From Acaryochloris marina MBIC11017 (GTDB lineage: Bacteria > Cyanobacteriota > Cyanobacteriia > Thermosynechococcales > Thermosynechococcaceae), in NCBI RefSeq assembly GCF_000018105.1, contig NC_009925.1, positions 2,700,001 through 2,732,000 of the forward strand: a stretch of 32,000 nucleotides of DNA, given 5' to 3'. This document shows positions 9,162 to 17,311 of this stretch, piece after piece. Both the position numbers and the translations under genes were made by a program. The notes under the pieces were generated by a model that worked only from the letters and a program-made list of their open reading frames with translations, was not told the DNA's origin and did no database searches. Within the stretch, counting starts at the first letter, position 1. Each line of letters starts with the position of its first letter.

Positions 9162-10104
9162 TAGCACTACGGATATATGTTAGTACGCTCTTTGAAAGCA
9201 GCATCCACACAATCACGAAAGGTATCAAATTCATCCCACCGCTGCTTCATCCAGTTTTTGAGCACAAACCACCATCGCTCGATTTTATTGAGATCTGGAG
9301 AATAGCTCGGTAGATACCAAATCTCACAGCCTGCTTCAGCTACGATTTCTTCGATCCTCTGGCCATGATGAAAACTGGCATTATCAATCACAATCACATC
9401 GCCAAGTTGTAACTGGGATATAAGACTCTGCTGTAACCACGCTTCGAATAACAACCGATTGCAAGACCCTTCAAAGATCATGGGAGAAAATAACTGGCCT
9501 TCTTTGAGCGCAGCAATAAAACTGACTCGCTCTGTCCGCTTGCCTGATTTGAGGTCATAAAATCGTTGACCCACAGGGCAGTATCCATAAGGATAGTCCG
9601 CTCGATTATCGATACCCGCTTCGTCTACATAGACGATCTGATGAGGGTGTTTGGTCTGTAATCGTTCTATAAATGCTTGACGTTGTGTTTCATCTCGTTC
9701 TCGATAGCCATAGGTCTTTTTTTCGACTCAATCCCAGTTTTCTCAAGGCATCACTGATATTTTGCTGGGTGACATTATCCCCCCATAGCTTAGCCATTTG
9801 GGCCTGGGTTTTACCCCCATGCTCTTGAGCAAATTCACGAAAGCGCTCCCAATCTGTGATCTTGTGGCGAGCCCCTTGTTGGTAGTTGGTAATCGCCTGA
9901 CAGTCACCTGTAGCTTCTTCGCGGACTATCCATAGATGCAAGGTATTACGGCTGATGTTCAACATTCGACAGATATCGACTTTCCGTTCACCATTCTTGA
10001 AGGCATCAACGGCTTTACGACGAAGGTCATAACTATAGGGTGCTGGCATACTAATGTAGGGATATCTTCTATATCAATAGTACTAACATAGTTTCGTAGG
10101 GCTA
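9162..10104 (-). mobile_element. IS630-family (small, ISY100-like size) insertion sequence, copy 2
   Basis: 943 bp. Terminal inverted repeats TAGCACTACGGATATATGTTAGTAC (9162-) and the reverse complement of the right end, TAGCCCTACGAAACTATGTTAGTAC, match at 21 of 25 positions. TA target duplication lies at 9160-9161 and 10105-10106. Removing the element rejoins the REC reading frame. Confidence 0.9.
9167..10049 (-). CDS. IS630-family transposase in two frames joined at an A7 tract
   Basis: orfA (9690-10049) has the HTH (ICRMLNISRNTLHLW). The downstream frame reads TYGYRERDETQRQAFIERL...VYVDEAGID...VIDNASFHH...YSPDLNKIERWW (DDE). The switch is at AAAAAAA (T7 on +, 9717-9723). One A fewer would give a single ORF. 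Confidence 0.85.
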
Positions 10105-10725
10105 TATTAGTGAAGTTATTGGAATTAGTGGGATGCGAGGTTTGAGCCGTCAGTAATGGTCAAGATGCTGTAAATCAGTCAGAGCAATGGCAACCTGATT
10201 TAATTTGGTTAGATTTACGTATGCCAGTCTTAGATGGATATCAAGCAGCTCAACAAATCAAAACCCAACCTCAACCGCCTATTATTATCGCCTTGACTGC
10301 TAATGCTTTTGAGGAAGACCGTAGCAAAGCCTTAGCTAGTGGCTGTGACGATTATGTACGTAAGCCCTATAAGGAATCGATCATTTGGGAAAAGCTGGCC
10401 GAGCATTTAGGGGTCCAATATCTTTACGCTGAAATTCAGAATGATGAAAGTTGTATTGATGACTTTGGCTTAACTGCAGCTATTTTGCTCGCTATCTCTA
10501 GTCCGTGGCTTCAGAAGTTGCATGCTGCGGTGATTGAACTAAATTCGAATCAGGTTGATCAATTATTAACTGAGATTCCTAAAGAGCATCGTCGATTGAA
10601 ATTAGCTATTTCTGAGCTGGCACAACAGTTTCGCTATGACGTACTCATGAACCTAACTCAAATGGCCCTGGAAGACCAGCCTAGCTAAACAAAGGTCGAT
10701 TTACTTCAGTCGCTGCTGCTGGGGA

Positions 10726-10768
10726 TACCTTTATCGGCGCTGTTGTTGGGAGCTGCGCGGAGCGTACT
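10726..10768. repeat. 43-bp dispersed repeat, copy B
   Basis: TACCTTTATCGGCGCTGTTGTTGGGAGCTGCGCGGAGCGTACT matches 4456-4498 at 38 of 43 positions. It sits just after the REC remnant stop codon. Confidence 0.7.
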
Positions 10769-11188
10769 GCTGGAGCAGGACCCCGAGAGGCAGACAGGCG
10801 AGGGGGAACGAAAGAATCAATTAGATCCATGATGCCACGCCTATGAAGGGCGGAGATCAGCTTGGGGTGAGGTAGAGATTTGAGTTCCGCTGGCTCGGTA
10901 CGCAGCACGGAAAAGAACAACCTCATGCAACGCAGCGATTACACTTCTCGTTGGAGTGGACGCTGTCGCGCAGCGAACAAAAGCTCCGATAGAAAAACTC
11001 TGACTGGGCGATGATGTCACTCAATTTGATTTTTACGATCGGGCGGATGTTATTAAAGTCTCAACAGATGAGGTTAACCATCACTTCAAAGCTTAATCCT
11101 CAAAAAATAGATGCCATTGAGTCATAGATGTCTTGAATTAACGTCTTCCGGTTATGGTGTGCGAGTAATGATTACATTTCCACCCGAT

Positions 11189-11777
11189 TCACTGAGTCTT
11201 GTAGTGTGACAGGAACATCGCAACACAATCTTGCATGATTCCATTTGTTTTCGTCTTCTCGCCGAGCAAGAACTCCGGCCAAAAGAAAAATGTTTTGACC
11301 AAACCCAACAGTTGATTGGCCGCATACTCAGGATCAGCTTTCCTAAGCGCACCTGAATCCATGGCCTCACTAATGAGCTTCGTCACTGGGTAATCGTGCG
11401 TAGCGGCTTTCGCAAAAAATAGTGCGAGAACGCTCTAAGTCCCGCAGGAACTCGGAAATCACAATACGTTGCAATCCAATAGCATCGCCATTGGTAATGA
11501 CACCGATATATTTTTCTAGTGCATCAATCAATTGTTCTTCCAATCCATGAGACGGGTCGTACGACACTGGCGACATGACATTGCTGCGCGCGAGCATAAT
11601 TTCAGAAACAACGTCAAACAGAGCTTCTTTAGTCTCAAAGTGATTGTATAGAGTGCGGCTCGATACCCCTGCAAGTTTTGCAATTCGGGTGGTTTTAGCG
11701 CCCAGAAATCCCTGCTCTCGGAATTCCTCTATCGCTGCCTCAATAATGCTCTCTCGTTTTCGTTCAGTGAGTTTCAC
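11189..11777 (-). pseudogene. TetR-family regulator, frameshifted at a homopolymer (or a sequencing error)
   Basis: The N-terminal 135-aa ORF has the HTH (FLGAKTTRIAKLAGVSSRTLYNHFETKEALF). The typical TetR C-terminus (KLISEAMDSGALRKADPEYAANQLLGLVKTFFFWPE) is in the +1 frame. The frames switch at the A6 run at 11414-11419. The combined length of about 195 aa is normal for TetR. Confidence 0.8.
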
Positions 11778-11803
11778 GTGGTTTCTTACCTTAGCAAATC
11801 AAA

Positions 11804-11867
11804 AAAGTAAAATTTGTTGTTTACTTTTTAGAGAACTGAGACTAAAGTAAATAGTGTAGTTTACTTT
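11804..11867. promoter_or_regulatory. two copies of the palindromic operator AAAGTAAA-N8-TTTACTTT in the divergent TetR/hydrolase intergenic region
   Basis: 11804-11827 (AAAGTAAAATTTGTTGTTTACTTT) and 11844-11867 (AAAGTAAATAGTGTAGTTTACTTT), with starts 40 bp apart. They lie between the TetR GTG start (11777) and the hydrolase RBS AAGGAG (11881). Confidence 0.55.
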
Positions 11868-11892
11868 TTAACCCAAAACCAAGGAGACAACG

Positions 11893-12828
11893 ATGGTCTC
11901 AAGCGAAAAAATTACCTTCAACAGCAAAGGCATCAAAATCGTCGGCAAGCTCTATCTTCCTGCTGATTTCGACCCGTCCAAAATCTATGAAGGGATCGTC
12001 ATGACCCCGCCCTTCCCACAGGTGAAGGATCAGGTGCTGGGCAATTACGGGCCGAGAATGGCAGAACGCGGCTATGTCGCTTTGAGCTTCGACTGGAACT
12101 CAAAAGGCGAGTCCAACACCTATCAGGAAGGCTTCCGCGACGACGAAAATATTCCACGTAAATTTGAGGATCTCCGTAATGCGATCTCCTATCTCAGATC
12201 GCTACCTTTCGTTGGCGAAATCAACGGTTTGGGTTTCTGTGGCGGCGGTGGCATTATGGCCTCGACCATCATTTCGGACATGCGGGTCAAGGCATTCGCC
12301 TCTGTCAGTGCGATGCTGGCGACCGATATGATTACCTTCGGTGACAAAAACGCCTACATCGCGCGCATCAAAGCGGCCAATGACGCACGCCAGAAAATGT
12401 TCGAAACCGGCCAGGCAATGAACCGCGATGTCTTCGGCTACACCGACCCTGACTTCCTGAAGAAAAACGTTGGTGCGCCAGCGGGCGTGCTGGAAGGCTA
12501 TGACTATTACGGCACCGCCCGTGGCGGCAAACCGACCTATCCAAATTTCACCAATGAAATTCTTGCGGATATCGACGAAACAACGGCCCTGAACCTTGGC
12601 GAGCACTATGCTGACAAGCTGGTGCAACCTTTCTGCGGTATCGTCGGGTCCGAGGCTGAGACCGCGCTCTGTACCAACGTGTACTACGACCTCGTGACCT
12701 CGGAAAAAGAGTTCCACGAGATTCCCGGTGCCAGCCATGTTGGTCTCTACGACGTTCCAGAGAACATGGCCCAGGTGGTCGATATCGTGGATGCGTTTTT
12801 CAAGAAACATCCTGATCCAATCGCCTAA
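11893..12828 (+). CDS. alpha/beta hydrolase, dienelactone-hydrolase-like (Cys nucleophile)
   Basis: 311-aa ORF with a strong RBS. Nucleophile elbow GFCGGGG (G-x-C-x-G, as in dienelactone hydrolases). A C-terminal His lies in IPGASHVGLYD. Confidence 0.75.
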   Translation: MVSSEKITFNSKGIKIVGKLYLPADFDPSKIYEGIVMTPPFPQVKDQVLGNYGPRMAERGYVALSFDWNSKGESNTYQEGFRDDENIPRKFEDLRNAISYLRSLPFVGEINGLGFCGGGGIMASTIISDMRVKAFASVSAMLATDMITFGDKNAYIARIKAANDARQKMFETGQAMNRDVFGYTDPDFLKKNVGAPAGVLEGYDYYGTARGGKPTYPNFTNEILADIDETTALNLGEHYADKLVQPFCGIVGSEAETALCTNVYYDLVTSEKEFHEIPGASHVGLYDVPENMAQVVDIVDAFFKKHPDPIA

Positions 12829-12905
12829 AGGATAGGCGTTCAAACTATCAATGGAGAGGCCACACAGATTGTTTATACAGCCTGGTAATAACACCTCAAA
12901 AGAAA

Positions 12906-13853
12906 ATGAGACGAACCATGAAATTTGATAATAACTCTACGACGACCGACGTACTCAACGGCATTGATCTATCGGGTAAGACCGTCCTTATAACTGGAGC
13001 ATCAACAGGTCTTGGGGCCGAGACTGCGCGGGCGACCGCCGCTTGTGGTGCTGATGTCACCCTCGTTGCGAGATCAGTAGATAAGCTGTCTAAAGTCGCC
13101 GAATCAATCCTATCGGAAACGGGTCGCTCGCCCAATACCGCAGTCTTGGAATTGGACAAACCTGCCACGATTCGCAGCTTTGCCCAAGAGTGGCTTAGCC
13201 GTCACGAAAAGCTCGATATTCTGATCAACAACGCAGGCATTATGGCACCTCCGTTGACCCGTAACGCGGAGGGTTGGGAAAGCCAGTTTGCGACGAACCA
13301 TCTGGGTCACTTTCTGCTGACCAATTTGCTGGTCGATGCCATCAAGGCCTCAGGAGAAGCCCGCGTTGTCAACCTGTCATCTGCTGGGCACTGGTATTCA
13401 ACGGTAGATTTAGACGACCCGAATTTCCAAAACCGCGACTATGAAGCGCTTCAAGCCTATGGTCAATCAAAAACGGCAAACATCTGGTTCACGGTAGAAC
13501 TCGCTCGTCGTTGGGCAGATCACGGTGTGAACAGCTTTGCAGTACACCCAGGCGGCATCCAGACCGAGCTTGGCCGAAATCTGGAACCGGAAATGGCCAA
13601 GAGGTTTGAGCAGATGATCAAGGATTATCCGGATATCTGGAAGACGGTCCCTCAAGGAGCGGCAACATCCTGCTGGGCTGCGACATCGCCTGATCTGAGC
13701 GGCAAGACAGGCCTGTATCTGGAAGATTGTCACATTTCTGAGCCGGGTGCCGGAGATGTGCTCGATGGCGGATACGCTCCACACGCCTACGATGCCGATG
13801 GCGCAAAACAACTGTGGATACTTTCGAACGATCTGTTAGGCACAGAGTTCTGA
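12906..13853 (+). CDS. classical short-chain dehydrogenase/reductase (SDR)
   Basis: 315-aa ORF with TGASTGLGAETA (TGxxxGxG), NNAG, and catalytic YGQSK (YxxxK). Confidence 0.9.
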   Translation: MRRTMKFDNNSTTTDVLNGIDLSGKTVLITGASTGLGAETARATAACGADVTLVARSVDKLSKVAESILSETGRSPNTAVLELDKPATIRSFAQEWLSRHEKLDILINNAGIMAPPLTRNAEGWESQFATNHLGHFLLTNLLVDAIKASGEARVVNLSSAGHWYSTVDLDDPNFQNRDYEALQAYGQSKTANIWFTVELARRWADHGVNSFAVHPGGIQTELGRNLEPEMAKRFEQMIKDYPDIWKTVPQGAATSCWAATSPDLSGKTGLYLEDCHISEPGAGDVLDGGYAPHAYDADGAKQLWILSNDLLGTEF

Positions 13854-14020
13854 GATTAAACGCAGCAGCTAAACCCGCACTGGGACCGAAACCAGCCTGA
13901 ACCACTCCCATCTGTCACCCTCATCCATGCTGGAAGCCCCACTACTGTGTGGCGTGCAGAGTTATATGGTGGCAAAGTAGGAACCGAGTTGTCGAACAAC
14001 CTCCTGTGAACTGACTGATA

Positions 14021-15162
14021 CCAAATCCGATTTATATAACCCCGATATGATGCATTATTAGAGAATGCCAAGAAAACTATATCTCGAACCTCATTTTTCG
14101 CCTGACGAGCTGAAGTCTCATTATCGAGCCAGCAAAGACCCAGTAGAATCGCGCCGCTGGCATCTACTATGGCTCGTCAGTGAGCAAACAACCCTGACTC
14201 ACGCAGCCCAAGTGGTGGGTCTCAACTACGATTACGCTCGAGAAATCGTCAGGGAGTATAACCACAATGGCGCCCATGGGTTACACAACCGACGCAAAGA
14301 TAAGCGACCTCATCAATCTCGCAGTCTTCTCACTCAAGACCAATGTGCACAATTGTTGACTCGTCTACAAACACCACCCGCCGACGGTGGTCTATGGAAC
14401 GGACCCAAAGTAGCCCAGGTCATCGCTCAGATGACAGGAGTCGATAAGGTTTGGCCCCAACGGGGTTGGGACTATCTCAAGCGATTGGAGCAGTCCCTGC
14501 AATGCCCACGTCCTCATCATCGTAAAGGTGAACCGGAGGCCCAAGCCGCCTTTAAAAAAACTTCCTGAATACAAAGCAGAATTAGAGCGATGCTATCGTG
14601 ATGCTCAGGTCGAAATTTGGTCTTTTGATGAACACCGATTAGGCCTTAAACCCATTATTCGAAAGATTTGGGCGCCTGTGGGGCAGCGTCCAATTGCTGA
14701 GGTGGACCATCGCTATGAATGGACCTATCTATACGGATTCGTTCATCCCGCAACCGGCGATACCGAATGGTTCATTCTACCTCGGGTCAATGGAGAATGG
14801 TTTAATCAAGCCCTACAAAGCTTTGCTCAGCAAGTTGGAGCGGGAAAGCACAAACAGATTCTTCTCGTTCTGGATGGAGCCGGATGGCATACCTGTAAGA
14901 ATCGGGTGGTGCCACCTGGCATTCATCTGAAGATTTTACCCCCCTATTCTCCAGAGCTACAGCCAGCTGAACGGTTGTGGCGGCTAGCGGACGAGCCACT
15001 GGCTAATCAGTGTTTTGAGACCCTGGATGACCTCGAAGATGTTCTCGAGCAGCGCTGTCGAACCTTAATGACAATGCAATCGGACATTAAAGCTCTAACT
15101 CATTACCATTGGTGGCCAGCTTGACAGATGAAATGTTTCGGGGGTTAGTAAGTCGGATTTGG
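14021..15162 (+). mobile_element. IS630-family insertion sequence, copy 3
   Basis: 1142 bp. Inverted repeats CCAAATCCGATTTATATAACCCCGA (14021-) and the reverse complement of the right end, CCAAATCCGACTTACTAACCCCCGA. TA duplication at 14019-14020 and 15163-15164. Confidence 0.85.
14065..15124 (+). CDS. IS630-family transposase in two overlapping frames joined at an A7 tract
   Basis: orfA (14065-14568) holds the HTH part. orfB is in the +1 frame and carries the DDE motifs (WSFDEHRLG, LVLDGAGWH, YSPELQPAERLW). The A7 run is at 14554-14560. With A6 the reading would be a continuous ...AAFKKLPEYKAE... Confidence 0.9.
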
Positions 15163-15716
15163 TATGATACCAAATGTGCGATGATCTTCGACCGGCCTTT
15201 GACCATCGCATACCCCTGGGCAGGTGGAAACGTAATCGTGCTCAACTGTTGAGGATTAGTCTGCAGTTGCAATTTTCAATGGTTACGTCCCCGTCATGGA
15301 AGTACGTTCTGGGGGTAGATTGGCAACGACAACACAGACATCATCACTATCCAACATGATGGACTGAAGCTGAACTGAAATGGGCGAACTCCTCTGCAGC
15401 TGAATCTGACTTGCCAGAATCCGTGATTCCTGGCTAACGCCTACTCAATAGACTGTTTCATGCTCGTCCTTGACCAATAAGTCATTCTGAGTCAGGGACT
15501 TAATCACCTCAAAGCTTTCATCAATGCGTTTCTGGATGATTGCATTCCGGCCACGGATTGAGGCAATCATCAAATATCTTCTTCCCTTTTCACCGACACT
15601 TCCCAATACACCTTTGGGAACACCCAAGACTTTATTGAAGGCAGAGAGAACGCCCCCGCTGCTATTGGCACACTGAAAAGCCCTATGCGACTTACAAGGG
15701 TTTAGTACAAAAGAAA

Positions 15717-15788
15717 GCTGGTGACAAGACTCGAACTTGCGACCGGCTGATTACAAATCAGCTGCTCTACCAACTGAGCTACACCAGC
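15717..15788 (-). tRNA. tRNA-Thr (anticodon UGU)
   Basis: The minus strand reads GCTGGTGTAGCTCAGTTGGTAGAGCAGCTGATTTGTAATCAGCCGGTCGCAAGTTCGAGTCTTGTCACCAGC. It folds as a cloverleaf with a 7-bp acceptor stem, anticodon loop TTTGTAA and a GTTCGAGTC T-loop. No CCA is encoded. Confidence 0.9.
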
Positions 15789-15991
15789 GTGCCTAGACAT
15801 TATATAAGCGTTATAGCCAAAACGCCTATACACATCAAACTAGCTCATCTATGATAATTCAGATATTCCCCATTTTTCATAAATGGTGGCAAATTCTCTG
15901 TAGATTGTAGAGAAGCACCCATTAGGCAATTGCCATTGCTAAGTGCTTAGCAGGCCGCACAGCTGCCATAATCCCTGATTTTGCCTTGACC

Positions 15992-17305
15992 ATGACGATG
16001 ACTTGGACGGTTGAGCAAGTGATTGCTCTATCACCGGACGATAAATCCACCAAAAACGGTAAAAGTTTAGCCACTGCCAGTAAATGGCAGACTTTAGGCA
16101 CCAATCAACAGGCCATTTGGGGTGAATGTCGCGGCAGTGGTAAGAAACCCTACCGAACCCAAATCGATCTGAGCGAACCAGCCTTTCGCTGTAGTTGCCC
16201 CAGTCGCAAGTTTCCCTGCAAACATTCCCTAGCCCTGTTCCTATTGCTTGTTAACCAAGTGGAATTATTTACCGCCGCCGATCCCCCCGACTGGGTTCAG
16301 GAATGGTTAGAGAAGCGATCTCAAACCGCATCCCGTAAGCAGGCCAAGGCCACTACTACCGACCCAGAAGCCCAAGCCAAACGCATCGCCCAGCGCGAAG
16401 CCAAAATCCTGGCTGGTCTAGCTGATTTGGACCAGTGGCTCCAGGATTTAATGCGTCAGGGCTTAGCCACGGCCCAAAACCAACCCTATAGTTTTTGGGA
16501 ACAGGCCGCTGCTCGCATGGTCGATGCCCAAGCGCCCGGTCTAGCTCACCGTCTGCGAGAAATGGCCAGTATTCCCCACACAGGCGGCAATTGGCCATCT
16601 CGCCTATTGGCTGAATTGGGCAAGCTCTATTTACTCGTGCAAGGGTATCAGCGACTGGCCACCTTACCAGAAGCTGCACAAGCGGAATTGCGATCGCAAA
16701 TCGGCTGGACCCAAAAACAAGAGGATCTGCTCACTAGCCCCTCCCCTATGGTGGTCAAAGATACCTGGTCGGTTCTGGGCAAACGGATCACCACCGAAGA
16801 CAACTTAAATGTTCAGCGCGTCTGGCTATGGGGCATCACCCATCAACGCCCCGCCCTCATTCTGAGTTTTGGGTATCAAAATCAGCTCCTCGACACCAGT
16901 TTGATACCAGGCACGCAGATATCAGCAGAGCTGGTTTTCTATCCAGGGCTCCATCCCCTACGAGCGTTAGTCAAAGCGCGACAGCCTGACGTTGACCTTA
17001 TCCCTCCACGGGGAGGTGCAGCCAATATTGCGGACGCCATCGCCCATTACGGAACGGCAATGGCGACCAATCCTTGGCTCGTGCAGTTTCCGTTGCTGTT
17101 AACCACCGTCATCCCTCACCGGACGGATCAACAATGGCACATCGCTGATACGCATGGGCATCAACTACCCCTCCAGTCAGGATTTGACCCATGGCCTTTG
17201 CTAGCTTTAAGTGGGGGGCATCCAGTGATGCTCTTTGGAGAATGGAATGGCCACAGCCTTCTCCCCCTCAGCCTTTGGGCTGGCGGCCGATTTGTCCCTT
17301 GCTAG
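15992..17305 (+). CDS. SWIM zinc-finger family protein
   Basis: About 437 aa. The track ORF starts at TTG 15986 and the first ATG is at 15992. The SWIM signature is CSCPSRKFPCKH (CxC...CxH), followed by a charged linker and a long C-terminal region with no motif I recognise. Confidence 0.85.
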   Translation: MTMTWTVEQVIALSPDDKSTKNGKSLATASKWQTLGTNQQAIWGECRGSGKKPYRTQIDLSEPAFRCSCPSRKFPCKHSLALFLLLVNQVELFTAADPPDWVQEWLEKRSQTASRKQAKATTTDPEAQAKRIAQREAKILAGLADLDQWLQDLMRQGLATAQNQPYSFWEQAAARMVDAQAPGLAHRLREMASIPHTGGNWPSRLLAELGKLYLLVQGYQRLATLPEAAQAELRSQIGWTQKQEDLLTSPSPMVVKDTWSVLGKRITTEDNLNVQRVWLWGITHQRPALILSFGYQNQLLDTSLIPGTQISAELVFYPGLHPLRALVKARQPDVDLIPPRGGAANIADAIAHYGTAMATNPWLVQFPLLLTTVIPHRTDQQWHIADTHGHQLPLQSGFDPWPLLALSGGHPVMLFGEWNGHSLLPLSLWAGGRFVPC

Positions 17306-17311
17306 GAGTTC

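Larger units (their letters stand above)
9039..10688 (+). pseudogene. receiver (REC) domain plus C-terminal helical domain: remnant of a hybrid sensor kinase or response regulator, split by IS630 copy 2
   Basis: The frame reads TLRILVAEDNLESQQL up to 9161 and resumes at 10107 as LVKLLELVGCEV-TGA-AVSNGQDAVNQSEQWQPDLIWLDLRMPVLDGYQAAQQIK...ALTANAFEEDR...KPY. An in-frame TGA lies at 10143-10145. No kinase part and no credible start are present. Confidence 0.75.

Noticed and set aside
10681-10926. 81-aa minus-strand ORF downstream of the receiver remnant.
   Set aside because: Its composition is Pro/Ala/Arg-rich and low-complexity. It covers repeat copy B and has no start context, so it is likely non-coding relic DNA.
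12202-12894. 230-aa minus-strand ORF, plus ORFs 12896-13168, 13110-13310, 13467-13811 and 13618-13911.
   Set aside because: These are antisense shadow ORFs of the GC-rich hydrolase and SDR genes. Their sequences are low-complexity and Arg/Gly/Val-rich. The sense-strand genes carry clear catalytic motifs.
15445-15627. The small ORF next to tRNA-Thr as an integrase remnant or a SepF-like protein.
   Set aside because: No tyrosine-recombinase motifs (R..HxxR..Y) are present. Similarity to SepF is limited to a few residues (VLGVPKG, SFEVIKSL), which is too weak to call.
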